A stretch of DNA of 64,000 bases from Octopus vulgaris (lineage: Eukaryota): NCBI GenBank assembly GCA_951406725.2, contig OX597831.1, positions 45,322,001 through 45,386,000 on the forward strand. Direction: 5' to 3'. Position numbers and translations under genes: made by a program. This document shows positions 1-13,192 of this stretch, in pieces. The notes below the pieces were generated by a model, which made no database searches, had not been told where the DNA came from, and saw nothing but the letters and a program-made list of their open reading frames with translations. Within the stretch, counting starts at the first letter, position 1; every line of letters starts with the position of its first letter.

Positions 1-2280
1 TTACAATATTCACACAAAGAAATCCACCACTTTCAAACAAAATATTTGTTATAGCCAAAATTAATTCTAGAAAGTTAATGTAAGGAAGAAATATTTTAAA
101 TCCTTAACTAGAACAATTAAGACACAAAACTGGAAAAAAATTAATCCAAAACTTTAATAAACTCCCGTATTTTTACAAATATGGGCTTATAGGTTTCACA
201 TTCCCTATAAATCAGTTTATCCCAGTGACACTACATTAACATATTATCATCTTAAAATATCCCTTCATTTTCTATATTTGAAATATAACACTTTCTCCAG
301 TAATTATCAGTTAAAGGAAAAACAAAACCTACTTTGATTAGGTCAAAATTAAGCTCCAACAGGAAGTCACACAATAGTTTAAACTAACATTAGCATAGTA
401 TAACTGGGACATTTAGCATTGAACCAGCAAGATTTGAAATTGGAATCAAGAGGGACAAATCTAAATACTGCAATGTAACCTATATTTTCAATTAATCCCA
501 CAACTGGATTGGAATTTTCACAACTTGTAAATCCCAGCACCCTAATTTTGATAGCATCCAGCATGAGACTATGCATTTTATACTATAAGACCGTTTCTAA
601 GTGTTATACTTCAATTTAAATGTTCAACTGTAATTCTATGTAAGAATCTTTCCAAACTCTAGCTTAATGATGCAAAAGTTAGATTATTAAATCCTTGCAA
701 ATTCTTAAATATCTTTAAAATCAGTTGAAACACATTTTGAATAAATAAATTAGGTAACTAAAAGGTTTAAAGATCTATCTATTTGTAAGTGAAACCCTAC
801 AGAATATCAAACCAGTTATTCACAGCAATGGATTGTTCTTCATCAGCATGTGAATAAATACATTAATAAACTTGAAAAGTTTAAAGGAAAGGAAAAAAGA
901 ATATTTATATTCATTCATCATTTTAACATTCACTTTTTTCTATACTTGCATGGGTCCAAAGGTTATTATTGAAGCAGATTTTCTACTGTCAGATCCGCTT
1001 CTTGTCATCAACCCTCACCTGTTTCCAAGCAAGGTAATATTTCTCTGTGACCAGACATATTTATATTTACAAAGAGATGTACATTTAAAAGAGCAAACCA
1101 AGTTTATACATTTGTTTCATTTGTTAAAACAAGAATTTCTTTTGAAGTTGGATGTTTTTCAGAAACCAAACTTTTTTTTTTTGCCCTTATATCTTTGAGA
1201 CATTTCAGAGATGAGGAACCTGCAACCTTCTAGAAGTCCTCTAGAATGACTTTTACATAACACTAGGAGAGATTTGACTATTTTGGGCAAACAACTACAT
1301 CATTGAGTTCTTTTTGCATTTTATGACAACAACCACCAAATGTCTCCTTCAGCTTGGACATATATCGCTATTTCTTCAAGGTATGCTTTCACTTTGCAGC
1401 AAAACTAATATTTCAATTGCTGCAATTCCTTTCATTAAATTAATAATAAATTCATTAACATCATCAGTTATGTCCGTTTTCCATGCTGGCATGGCCTTTC
1501 TATAACACAATTGAAACATTATTATAAATTATTTGATAACTATATGTGAATTTTTAACAGATAATTACAAATTGATCCGAACAATTTTTCCATGGCAGCA
1601 TGGGTTGGACAGTCAGACAGGAACGACAAGCCAGATGGCTGTGCTGAAATACAGCTGGTTGCCTTTCCTAATGCCAACCACTTTACAGAGGTGTACTGGG
1701 TGCATTTTTTCTATATGTGTGTGTGTTTTTTTCATAATATTTAATCAGCAGGAAGATACAGAAGTATCACAAAGGCCACAAAGAGTTTTGTGCATGGCAA
1801 GTGATAAATACCACATACAAATACACACACACGTATGTTTATAAACAAAAGGAATGAGCACTCAGTAAATTTGAGTATGGCACAGATTTGAAAGAACTGC
1901 AGAAAAAAAAAGTTAGGAAAAATAAGAAACGTACACATCAGGATTTTCCGGAAACAACTTGTTTCTGAAAATATATAAAAATATATTTAGATTAAATTAA
2001 ACAGAAATTAAACAAAATTTCTTTCTTCTTTTAGATAAATTATATATGATACATTTACATAATGTTACTTAATTTTTGTATTTAAAATCTTAAGGTTATG
2101 ACACAGGAGGTAAAAGAAACTGTTCAGTATCGGGAAATAAGTAGCAATTAATTTATTTGGAAGACACATATCAAGCCATTCAAAAGACACACAAACATTG
2201 TTAACTTCATTTAAACATTTAATATTTGGAATCAAAATTTTCATAGGACCAATTGTGATCTGGTCATTAACATAGTTCCA

Positions 2281-2586
2281 CTGCAACTGGCTTGAGATGA
2301 GGTTGTTGGTCAGAATATATAGGCCCCAGAATTATAAATGTAATGTTTCCAGTCATGTAGGTCAGTTGTTCTGATTTGTCAATGCCCGGTGCTTATAGTT
2401 TATCAGTTAACTCAATACTCGGTTGTATTCCACACATCCTCTCTTCCCTCTTTCTTTCAGTGGGGACTCCTTTGACATTGTGAATTACAACCAAATACCA
2501 AGTTAACTGACCAACTATAAAATTTATAACCCTAAAACTTACAGATATATATGCTGACCAACAACCTTGCCTCAAACCAGTTGCAG
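2281..2586. repeat. Inverted repeat, 40-bp arms (35/40 complementary)
   Basis: ctgcaactggcttgagatgaggttgttggtcagaatatat versus the reverse complement of 2547-2586. Confidence 0.85.
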
Positions 2587-2639
2587 TTGGACAAAACTTT
2601 TGACATGTTATAATAAAAGGCCTAAGTTAACAACAGCTT

Positions 2640-2823
2640 CAAGCACACTGGGCAAAATGCTTAGCAGCATTTCATCTGTCTTATGTTCTGAGTTTAAATT
2701 CAACCAGGGTTGACTTTGTCTTTCATCCTTTCAGGGTTAATAAAAATAAGTGCCAGCTGAGCACTGGGGTCAATGTAATAGACTTAACTGCTCCCTGAAA
2801 TTGCTGGCCTTGTGCCAAACTTT
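2640..2823 (+). mobile_element. tRNA-derived SINE family 1 (gactttgcctttcatcctttc core)
   Basis: B-box-like gagtttaaattc, core ttgactttgtctttcatcctttcagggt, tail ggccttgtgccaaa; more than 15 copies in the window. Confidence 0.8.
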
Positions 2824-2924
2824 GTAAGTCTGTAATTGTTTTAGTTTCAAGTCACAGTCCTAAATCAAATCACTTGCCTAGCAATCACATCTTTGAAATT
2901 ATTAATAAGCTATCTTGAACTTAC

Positions 2925-3081
2925 CTAGCTCGTTTTGAAGGGGGTGCACTTGAGTTCCCAGGTGAGCTATTTTTTTCCAATGTAATGCTATCACTTTTTG
3001 AAGCTTCTGTGTCGGACTGCATTTTGTCAGATTTTTCAACTTTAATCGTTGGCCCCTCTGAGGACTGATTACCAGATGATG
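2925..3081 (-). CDS. TCF12: E-protein pre-bHLH exon (A)SSGNQSSEGPTIKVEKSDK...APPSKRA(R/S)
   Basis: Acceptor tttttctctag|CA, donor AG|gtaagt; 157 nt open, phase 1 to 2; IK.E motif and basic PSKRA end, typical just before the bHLH exon. Confidence 0.9.
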
Positions 3082-4125
3082 CTAGAGAAAAAGTTGCGGG
3101 GAGAAAAACCGAAAAAAAAATTAAGACAGACCAAAATTAAAAAATTAAAATAATGTTAAATGATTAAAACACTTGTTCAAAAAAAGAAAAACAGAAAAAA
3201 AAAAAAGAAACTAAGTACAGAATTCATCATCTTCATTTAATGCTAGTATGGGCTGAATGGTTTGACAGGGTCTCTTGGGTCTAAGAACTGCAATGTATTC
3301 CAGTGTGCTTTGGAATGGTGTCTAAAGCTGGATGCCCTTCCTTAAGCCAGCCACTTTGCATCATGTACTAGGTGCTTATTTTCTGTGCCACCAGCACAAG
3401 TAAGGTCAGAATGCAGCTCACAAAACCTGAGGGGAAGTGGGTAAGGTACAAGAGCAGGTTCTTGTTGTAGAGTTACATGGCAAATAAGAATGTTCAGATG
3501 GAGCTTTGGAGTTGCAAAGACATAAATATAAATAGTGGTGATGAGGAGTCCAGGTGGTTCCTCAAGGTACGAGGCGAGCAGAAGTGAATGGAAATAAAAA
3601 AAAAAAACTAGGATTGTGGGTGAGTAGGGGCTTGCAAAGAGTGAACAGAGGAGCAAGAGATGGAGAAATGGGAGTTGGGAAGTAGGCAACATCTGTAAAG
3701 ATTGGGTAGGGCTGAAGAGTAGATTAAGAATTGCCGTTGTCGTCATTATTATTATTTAATGTGTTTTCCATAATGGCATGGGTTGGTGGATTTGACAGGA
3801 GCTGGCAAGGCTGGGAGTCAAACCAAGCTCCAATTATTGTTTTGGCATGGTTTTTACAGCCAGATGACCTTTCTAATTCCAACCATTTTACAGAGTGTAC
3901 TGGGTGCTTTTTATGTAGCACCAGCACCAGCATCAGTGCATGTTACATGGCATCAGCGCCATTGCTTTTTAGAAGGTACCAGCATTGGTGCTTTTTACAT
4001 AGCATCATTACTGACAGGGTCACTAAGTACCTTGCAAGACAAGAGAAAAAAAAAAAAAAAGCAAAAGGCAAGTATAACTATAAATTAAAATTAAGAAAAC
4101 AATGAATGAAACTGACAATACAAAC

Positions 4126-4198
4126 CATCAAATGGTTTCTGATCTGGGACAGCTGATAAACCACCTTGTCCTCTACCCTCTAGCGAAGAATGACTTCC
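4126..4198 (-). CDS. TCF12: E-protein exon GSHSSLEGRGQGGLSAVPDQKPFD(A)
   Basis: Strong acceptor ttttatttcag|GGA, donor G|gtttgt; 73 nt. Supplies the required phase 0 to 1 link; TCF4 has GSHSLL here. Confidence 0.85.
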
Positions 4199-4859
4199 CT
4201 GAAATAAAACAGAAAATACATGAATCTTTGTGTATTTGCACGTATGCATCTACGCAGAGAAAGAGGGGGAAAATTATTAAATAAATTCCATTTAGATAAT
4301 TTAACTAGGTTTAGAGACTGAAACACTTCCTTACAGCTAGCTTGTTTTTTACTAATGCACACAAATGTTTGAAATTTCCCATTATTCTATTTATACATTA
4401 CATAATGGTAGTTCATTAGTTGTAGCAGTGTATCATTATTATGGGATAGAGAAAATGAGAGAGAGAGAGAGAGGGTGGGGGAAAACATATATATATATGT
4501 AGGACCACTGTTGGTAATATAAGACTGTGTTGTATTAGATGTAGCTATTTCAGAAAATGACAGAAGCCAACATACTGGGTTAAAGGATAACAATACAGAG
4601 AGATATTTGCTTTGAAGGCGACAAACTTGTTATGATAATACCCAGACAATTCCTAACAGGATAAAACAATTTCATCTTGAGATTTTGCTTTATAACAAGC
4701 ACCCAATGACATTAAATTTGAGAACCAATAGAAACTGATAAACAGGATATAATGTGCTTCGATGGTCACACTGCTCAGTACAATATTCACTGATAGTTAT
4801 ACTATACTCCAAGTCTTAGGCAGTCATTTGAGCCAAATTCATGTTAAACCATCTGGCTT

Positions 4860-5072
4860 TTAAATGACCCTGCCAAATGTAAAGCTTATTTATTCACATT
4901 GTTTTGAATCAATTCTGTGTTATAGCTTCGAAATTTCAATGATGTGGCTATTTATTTTTAGAATGACACTGACATTGTAGGGCAAGTGTGAGAGATCATA
5001 GCTAGTCAGTGTGAACATAAAACAAGGAGAACACTAAAGCCACATATCACCAATTTAAATGTTAAAGGGTTT
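4860..5072 (+). mobile_element. piggyBac-like MITE family A, degenerate copy
   Basis: Shares internal gcttatttattcacattgttttgaat and the end gttaaagggtt with the 37224 copy. Confidence 0.65.
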
Positions 5073-6116
5073 CTAGGTGTCATCAATGTAGAGGATTCGG
5101 AAAGAGTTGGATGAATGTAAGGTGATTATTAAGGTATGGCAGCTCATAAAATTCACTCTAATCGTTCTGAGAAGAAAAAACTCCTGAATTTGTTGGTGAG
5201 ATCCAGGCCATGATTGACAATGATCCCTTCAAGTCAATCAGGTCCATGGGAGTGTCTGAGTTTCTTATCAGGCAAGTAGTGCATGAAGACATTTGGTATT
5301 CCTCATACAAGATGACAAAGAGCCAATTTTTATAAGTCAAGGACAAGAAGAAAGACTGTGTTACAAAGCTTTTGAACAAACTCAAACATCCCCTCCAACC
5401 ATGCTTTGATTTTTCTCAGACGAGAAAATTTTCTACCAGGATCAGATGGTGAACACACAGAACAACCGTTGGCTTGCCGTGTCCCCCAAATATATACCGA
5501 GAGTGATAAAAATCAAACATCCAGTCAACATCATGGTGTTTGGAGTGATCAATAGTGATAGTGACGTTATGCTTCCATTCATCTTCCCACATGACCTCAG
5601 ACTCAACACAGAGGCCTACATCAACTGCCTGGAGGAGGTATTGCTGCCCTGTGTCAAGAAAATGGCTGCTGGAAGACTCTATGTCTGGTAACAGGACTCT
5701 ACACTATGCCACACCAGAAGGAGCACCCAGTCATGGCTGCCAGACAATTTCTATGACCACATCACCCCTAACATATGGCCACCTAATTTCCCAGACAGCA
5801 ACCTCCTTGATTATTATATGCGGGGCACGGTTGAGCAAGAGACCAACAAAATTCCTTGTAACACGATGAACTGAAGGCAAGGATTATAGCAGCATTCACC
5901 AACTAAAACAAGGAGACCATCCAGAAGAATTACAGGAGATTCCAAAGTCATCTGGAGGCTGTGGTTGAAGCCAATGGCAATTTTATTGAATAAATTTACT
6001 CTTTAGAATTTCAAGATATTTTTATGTAATTTTGGTAAATATAGCTATCGAGATGAGATGTCAGCGATGTTTTCGTTTTTGCGTAATTTAGATGGCAATT
6101 TATTCACTGCACCCTG
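5071..6116 (+). mobile_element. Decayed Tc1/mariner-superfamily transposon, DD37D (maT type), 5' truncated
   Basis: Translates FSDEKIF...IMVFGVI...YVW*QDST...WPPNFPDSNLLDYY with 37 residues between the 2nd and 3rd Asp; has stops/frameshifts; right TIR ...TTCACTGCACCCTG followed by TA. Confidence 0.9.
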
Positions 6117-7034
6117 TATATATATTTAATGAGGGAGGTGGAAAATGAAAGAAACAAGAATATTGATGACTACAATTGTTTTGACCCATTTAGCATCGAT
6201 CCCTTGCAGGTAGGATACTTCACAACTGGTTTGGGTGTATCTTTTGGTGTAGATATGTCTCTTCAGGTGATTTCAAGAGGTACCTCATTAAAATAAACTG
6301 ATTCACACAACTTATTACGATTGTAGTGATCAATAAAGATTCTTGTACCTTCCATCTTCTGTCTCTCTCTCTCTCTCTCATTGATTCCATAAGATTTATT
6401 AACTATTTTATATACACACACACACACACACACCTCATCATCATTTAATGTCCATTTCCCATGCTGGCATGGGTTGGATGGTTTAACAGAAGCTGACCAG
6501 ACCAGCTGAAAGACTGTTCAGGTTCCATATCTGTTTTGGCATGGTTTCTATGGTTGGATGCTTTTTCTAAAGCCAACCACTTTACAGAACGTACAGGGTG
6601 CTTTTACGCAGCACCGGTACCAGTGCTTTTTACATGGCACCAGCACTTACGAGCCTGTAAGATTAGGGATGCTCACCTGGAGAGGGCTGCAAGGGACAAA
6701 CCTGTATGTAAGGGCAACCATGCTTTTACTCAGCTTGATGTGTCTTTTCAAGCACAGTAAACCACTCCTCTGTTAGTACTAAGATATATATCTGTATATA
6801 TCTCTCACTAAAAATTGAATAATATCATGTTCCAATGTACAAAATTTTGAAACAATATGTTACAAATAAAGCTATGAGCTCAACCACAGTAACTCGATAA
6901 GAGACAGCAAATATAGTGAATGAAAAACAATACAGATCGAAGGCTAAAAAAAAACTCAAGTCAACAGTCTAATAAATACATAACTCATTTCAGAAATACA
7001 GACATGTATGTGTAGAGGCTTTGTTGTCAATAAG

Positions 7035-7254
7035 TTAATCTTTCAGAATTCAAACTGGTCATATCCAGCCCAAATATTCTACATGTTTTATGTTCAAACA
7101 GGCCAGATCTGGCCTCTCACACCCTAAAACATCATCCTAAAATTAAACAATCAAATCACAAAATTTGAAAGCTACAAGAAAATGCATGATTAATTCAAAA
7201 CAATGTGAACAAACAAGCATAGTTAACAGAATAATCTGAATGCTAAAGGGTTAA
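7035..7254 (-). mobile_element. piggyBac-like MITE family A
   Basis: TTAA ends, terminal tgctaaagggTTAA; reverse complement of the 37224 copy. Confidence 0.75.
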
Positions 7255-8719
7255 GACACTTTCAGTGCATATCCCATTCAGCATCTTTGAGATTACCATC
7301 ACAACTGTTAACATCATCAACAGACAACAGAGGGATGCTGTAGACTAAGAAAGCAAACAGAGAGAGAGAGAGAGAGACAGAGGTGGGGGAGTATTTAGCA
7401 ATCACCAAACATTTACCTTCTGCTAAATGGTCATGAATAAAAGAAGGAAAAATACCACCAGCTTGAAATGAGTTTGCAATACTCACTTCCATGTTTGACA
7501 ACCAAATATGCTAAACATGTAAACACTAAACACCATGCTTGGTGCTTTTTAAAAAATATTTCTGCTCTGTGCAAGCACCCACCTCACTTTATTTGTCTAT
7601 TTTTTCAGTGCATTAAACATATATATCATTTTTCTGCACTTAAAAGTTGCACTGTCTTTACAGCATTGAGTTTCTGTCTTTGTTTACTATAAACAGACAG
7701 AAATTTAATATTCTGTATGAGAATCAGACACATGCTTTACGAGAATGAAAATGCAACGGGCTACAGACCAGAGCCTTGGCGAGCACCTAACCCAATGTAA
7801 AGTTACATAAATGAGAAAAATTAGCAAACACACACATGTAAGTGCATGTACAGACACACACATGCATGCACACAGATACACACATGAATACGTGCACACA
7901 GACACACACACACATACATTCACGCACACAAATTTACTTAATGGAAAGAACAAACCACTCAATGTCAGAAACATCAAAAAGATTGAATAACACTTCACAT
8001 TGAAAATTCAAGATTCTTCTGACTAAAATAAGCATCTGGTAATCATTTAACACTATATAGAGTTTGAGGCCATGTGGTCAACATAGCATTAAGCATCATA
8101 CACACATTTTTTATAGCTTTCATCCAACTTACTCGAGCACTGACATTTTCCTGTTTGTTATGCCTAGCTGGCTCACTGTTCCCATTGGTGAACTGTATTT
8201 ATTTTCCTAACTGTGCCAGTTACAAAATAAACATCATAGTGGCAAGTTCTAACATTCACAAACTAGCTTGGTAAAAGAGCATAGAAACCATCTGTGAGAA
8301 CTTGGTAAGTATTAATAAAAGCCATATGTAAAAAGTAAAGGGGAGGGTATAAGCTTTAACTGCTTTTAACAGGAAAAAAAAAATGTAACTGATATAAAGA
8401 CAGGAAATTATGAATCTGGCCAAAAATTTTAGGCTTATTACTTTTAATGAATCTATTGTTGTAAAGTTTTGTAATTAATATATTTATAACCGTAAAGAGT
8501 TAGGATTCATGATATATATTTATATCCAAATTTACAATGGTCATTAATAAATGTTTAAACCCCCGTCCCAGCAATGTTCTCCCTCATATTCAAACAAATT
8601 AATAAAATAAATATTAAATAATAATAATATTAATAATACAAACATTGGGTAATAAACAGCAAAGTCAACATTTTTTGCTAAATATTATTATAAAAGATGA
8701 AAAGCAAACTATATCTCAC

Positions 8720-8959
8720 CATATGGGATTCCATGTGTGCAGCAGCTGCCACCGCCATCGAGAGGCCATGGTAAGAAGGTATATTGGCATTTGGCCCACC
8801 TGGTATTCCAGCTGATGTCCCATTGGAATGTGGCGGTGGTTGCATTATGTTGCTTGGACCTCCTGTCAAACCTGGAATCATACCGGGAGTTGGTTGACCT
8901 TCGGCATGGTTGCGTAGAACCAATATGGCATCATCTAAACGTTCTTCCATCCTAGTTAG
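8720..8959 (-). CDS. TCF12: E-protein exon LTRMEERLDDAILVLRNHA...HMESHM (AD2 helix)
   Basis: Acceptor ttctccaaacag|CTA, donor ATG|gtgaga; 240 nt, phase 0 to 0; RLDDAI.VLRNHA is the conserved AD2 helix. Confidence 0.97.
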
Positions 8960-9922
8960 CTGTTTGGAGAAAAAGAAAATTACATCATTAATTAATTGAG
9001 AATTTACCCTTTTAATGATTCCTTCCAACTAGGCATGAAGAACATTTCTGGAGAGTAGCATGTATAGTCAATAAAACCAACTGTATTCATTTGCAATTAA
9101 ATATCCAGAAACAAAAAGCAGAAGTTGACCTCTGAAATTTGAACACAAAGAGACCAAACTCAATTACTCTAAGGTATAAAATACAATCTAATGTGCTACT
9201 GTTTTCAGCAGTATACACAGTGTGATGAAGTAATAATTATTGTTTGCTATTTGTCTGGGTCAAGCTACTTAACAGCATAGCATGGTTGTATGGTTAGGAA
9301 GTTTGCTTTGTAACAACATGGTTTTGCGTTCATGCTCACTGCAGAGCCCCGAGGTGACCAATGTTTCCTGGGTAAAATTTGGTCAACAGAGACTGTGCGA
9401 GAGTATTTTCACATTTCAATATATTACTGCTCTAAATATGGATTTAATTTCTGAAATTTAAGCAAGTATTGCAGAGCATTTTGCTGACACAAAAGGTGTA
9501 AAAGATTAATTGAAATTTTCTTTGGATTCCTATGTTTCTGGTTTCTCTGTCAGCTGTACCAGTTTGGATATAATCAGTATACATTCCTTAAGATTCTCTT
9601 TCTGCCCTCCCCAGATAACATCACATATCCTATTTTAAATGCGAGACTGTTAGAAATATAAATTTTGTATGCAAAGAGAAGTACGTGCTTCAGAGTGTGC
9701 CTTCTTGCCTTAGCCAGCTCTATGTATATGGATATTATATGCACACCATTCTTTTAATGGTCACTTTTCCATGCTTTCTTGGGTTGAATAGAGTTTATCG
9801 AGACAACTTTTCTGCAGCCAGGTGTCCTTCCAAACCCCCCACCTGTTTTAGCAGAATATTGGATACGAATGACATTGCTTCTGTCAGTGACATCATTTAG
9901 AACTATCACACCATATCAAGAA

Positions 9923-9970
<48 letters not shown>

Positions 9971-10452
9971 TTATACATACATATCATCATCATTTAATGC
10001 CTGTTTTCCATGCTGCTGTGTCTGTTTCAATATGGTTTTGTGGCTGAATGCCCTTCCTAACACCAATATATGTCTAAATATAGTCTAAAACTTTTAATGT
10101 GCCATGCAAACAAAAGCCACAAATTCTTTGTTTAATGTATAATTAGTGAGAGAAACCAGTGTTTAAAAAAATCTTTGTGATATTTATTCCACCAGAGTTT
10201 CACTAAACCATTTGAAGTACTGTGATTCAGGAAAAGATCAAATAGATAAAAACAGCGACAATTTACAACTTCAAGAAAATATACTTTTCACAAGAATCCA
10301 ATTTGATGTCATGCAAACAAAAGCCACAAATTCTTTACATTTTTATTTCTTTTCTTCTTCAATCATACATGCAAGAAGTTTAAAACGTTCTAATAAAATA
10401 TGTATAGAGGGATTTGGAAAAAATACATGAGATTTGAAAAGATCATGTTAGT

Positions 10453-10485
<33 letters not shown>

Positions 10486-10556
10486 GGAGAGAGAGAGAGA
10501 TATCCATTCAAGTGTGGATTTGATGGTGTAAGAGCTTTAAGAGCTGGATGTTCTTC

Positions 10557-10785
10557 TTAGCCCTTTCAATGCCAACCCAACTGAAACCGCCTCTAGATTT
10601 GTAGTACAAATGTCTTGTTTTCAAAAGTTCTGAATTGAAATCTTCCACCAAACCTTAGTCGCAATTTATGTTCTTAACACTAGCTTAATGATAACTAAGA
10701 AATTTTACTAAATTCTTTGTTATATTCAAAATTAATTGAAAGAAACACAGAGCATCTCAACAGAAATATGGCAACAAAGGGTTAA
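10557..10785 (-). mobile_element. piggyBac-like MITE family B
   Basis: ttagCCCTTT ... caaaGGGTTAA; reverse complement of 38672-38885. Confidence 0.75.
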
Positions 10786-11399
10786 TGAGTACCATCTTCA
10801 ATAGAAGAATGGTTGCATAAACCAGCTGTGTGTGTGTGTTTGTGTCATTTACTCAAAGCTGTAATGTTATCTCTCTATAAATTAGCATCAGTCCAAACCC
10901 TAAACTCTGGTCAGTGCCCTTGATTCTCTACAGAGACTCCAAGAGTGAGAGACAGAGAAGAAGGCATTTTGAAACTGAAGACTTCCCAAATGCTTGCAAC
11001 AGAGTGGATTCTGCTAAAGGTAGGCACTCAAGGTGGCAAATTGTCTGCCACCCATGTAAGCCATGAAGAATATGCAACTGAGAAAAATAAAGGGCATGAA
11101 TACCACAATTATTATTATTATTATACCATTTGACACACTAAAGGTTTCTATCAGTCTACTTGTCCTAGATTGGTGTATTTGTTGATTGGGAAGGATGAAA
11201 AGTAAAGTTGACCTCAGCAGAATTTGAACTCAGAACGCAAGTTGCCAGAATAAATAACGCAATGTATTTTGTCTGACGCCATAACAACTCAGCCACTCAG
11301 CACCTACCTCTTTATTTCATGACATCTGTGATAGCACCAAGGAGAAGAAATGTCAACAAAATATGGTAAAAATCACTGTAACTATCTAATGATAATATA

Positions 11400-11540
11400 G
11401 GCACAGGAGTGGCTACGTGATAAGAAGTTTGCTTTCAGGTTCCAGGTTCAGAGCCACAAGTGTCTTCTACTATAGTCTTGGGCCAACCAAAGCCTGTGAG
11501 TGAATCTGGTAGATGGAAACTGAAAAAAGCCCACCGTTCA
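11400..11540 (+). mobile_element. SINE family 2 (CORE-like; caagtgtcttctactatag...ggtagatggaaactgaa)
   Basis: Further copies at ~18160-18330, 25970-26130, 30905-31030 (+) and 31380-31515, 31750-31840, 63325-63460 (-). Confidence 0.75.
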
Positions 11541-11554
11541 TATGTATATATCTA

Positions 11555-11776
11555 TTTCTTTACTACCCACAAGGGGCTAAACACAGAGGGGACAAACAAG
11601 GACAGACAAACGGATTAAGTCGATTATATCGACCCCAGTGCGAAACTGGTACTTATTTAATCGACCCCGAAAGGATGAAAGGCAAAGTCGACCTCGGCGG
11701 AATTTGAACTCAGAACGCAGCGGCAGATGAAAAACCGCTAAGCATTTCGCCTGGCGCGCTAACGTTTCTACCAGCA
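11555..11776 (-). mobile_element. Young SINE family 1 copy
   Basis: CpG-intact ggatgaaaggcaaagtcgacctcggcggaatttgaactcagaacg; adjoins a family 2 SINE. Confidence 0.85.
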
Positions 11777-13138
11777 TCTATATGAGTGAGTCTTTGTGCC
11801 GGTGTTTGTCCCCCATCCACTTCCACCACTTGATAACCAATGTTGATGCCTTTATATGCTCGAAACTTAACAGTTTGACAGGCTTAAAAGAATTTAAAAA
11901 GAAAAAAATACTGAGGTCTATTCTTCTTCTCAAACAGCCATGCATGCGACTGTAATTTGAAATAACTGATTTTTTAAAAACTATTTTCACTCAATACACA
12001 TCTTAACATAGTCTAAAAGTTTTAATATGCCAACAGTGTGTATTGTAGTTTAATGGCAGTTAGGTTCAAATAAATTTTACCATCCAAATATTCATCTGCC
12101 TCACAACTGTAATGTCACTGAAAGTTAAATGGAATCCTGAATGTGAGCCTTTGTTTAACCCTTTGCCTGTCTTGTTTATTAGATGTGATACACACAACAT
12201 ATTTCTCTGACATCCATGAATCATATATAAGATACATATTACCATTTTTTTTTTTCAACCACCAGGGTAATGTGTGACTTATGAAAGGAAAGCTTTATAT
12301 TACTTAGATCGCATGAAAAAGGGCTAAGTGAAAGTTTGAATAGAAACTTATGAAAATGCTTCGGGTAGGTAAGTGGTTAAATGTCGAGGTCAATATCCTG
12401 AAACTCAAAAGTTTTACTATGTAAAAACTGCTGAACGAACTAGATATGTATAGAAATGAAGAAAATACATGTGATTGTGAGGAAAGTGAAGGTAAAAGTA
12501 AACTAACGGGTGGAAGTCTTAAGATGAAATACTTCAAATTGTTGTCTACATGAAGCTGGCATGGAAAACCAGTTACGATGACGGCAGTAGCAACAATAAC
12601 GAAGCCTGCACGGCCTAGGGTTTTATGCTTTTAAAGAAACAATGGCAGCAAAACAGTTAAGTTACAAAACTGCTACTGCCACTACCATCACCAGCAACAC
12701 TAAGACGAACAACCAAGAAAATGAGATGATGGGAGTTTGCAAATAGCAGACACTTCTTCTATAAAGTGAAATCATGAGTAATTAGGACAGTTCATAAATG
12801 CTCCAACACCATTTTATGGGTATGTGTACACACAGTCACACACATGCACACACACAAACACACATTATTTACTGAGAGGGCCGAGAATATGAGTAAATCT
12901 TGAAGGTTGATGAGTTAATTGTTAGCTGAGAGTTTGATAAGTTCAGAGAGACAGGAATACAGCTTTGTAGAATATATATTTAAGCATTGCTGCTGCTGCT
13001 GCTTGCTGTTAGAAATGAAGCAAAAGGTTTAATGATATTCTTGGCAGCCTGACAAAACAGCACACACTTTAAATACATAAGCTGATCATGGATGCAAATG
13101 CTCTGAAGTCTAGTCTGATATATAAACAGTGAGTCATT

Positions 13139-13143
<5 letters not shown>

Positions 13144-13189
<46 letters not shown>
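13144..13189. repeat. (GA)n microsatellite
   Basis: Pure AG run. Confidence 0.95.

Positions 13190-13192
<3 letters not shown>

Noticed and set aside
1-2924. Expected bHLH exon (RRxANNARER)
   Set aside because: Not found in any frame; ORF 2393-2575 (ERKREERM) lacks the motif. The exon must lie outside the window.
7297-7461. Two exon-like segments on the minus strand (AGGIFPSFIHDHLAEG; VYSIPLLSVDDVNSCDG) with AG/GT ends
   Set aside because: Their plausible frames are phase 1 but the host intron is phase 0. In the required frame one has a stop and the other is an implausible hydrophobic/Cys peptide.
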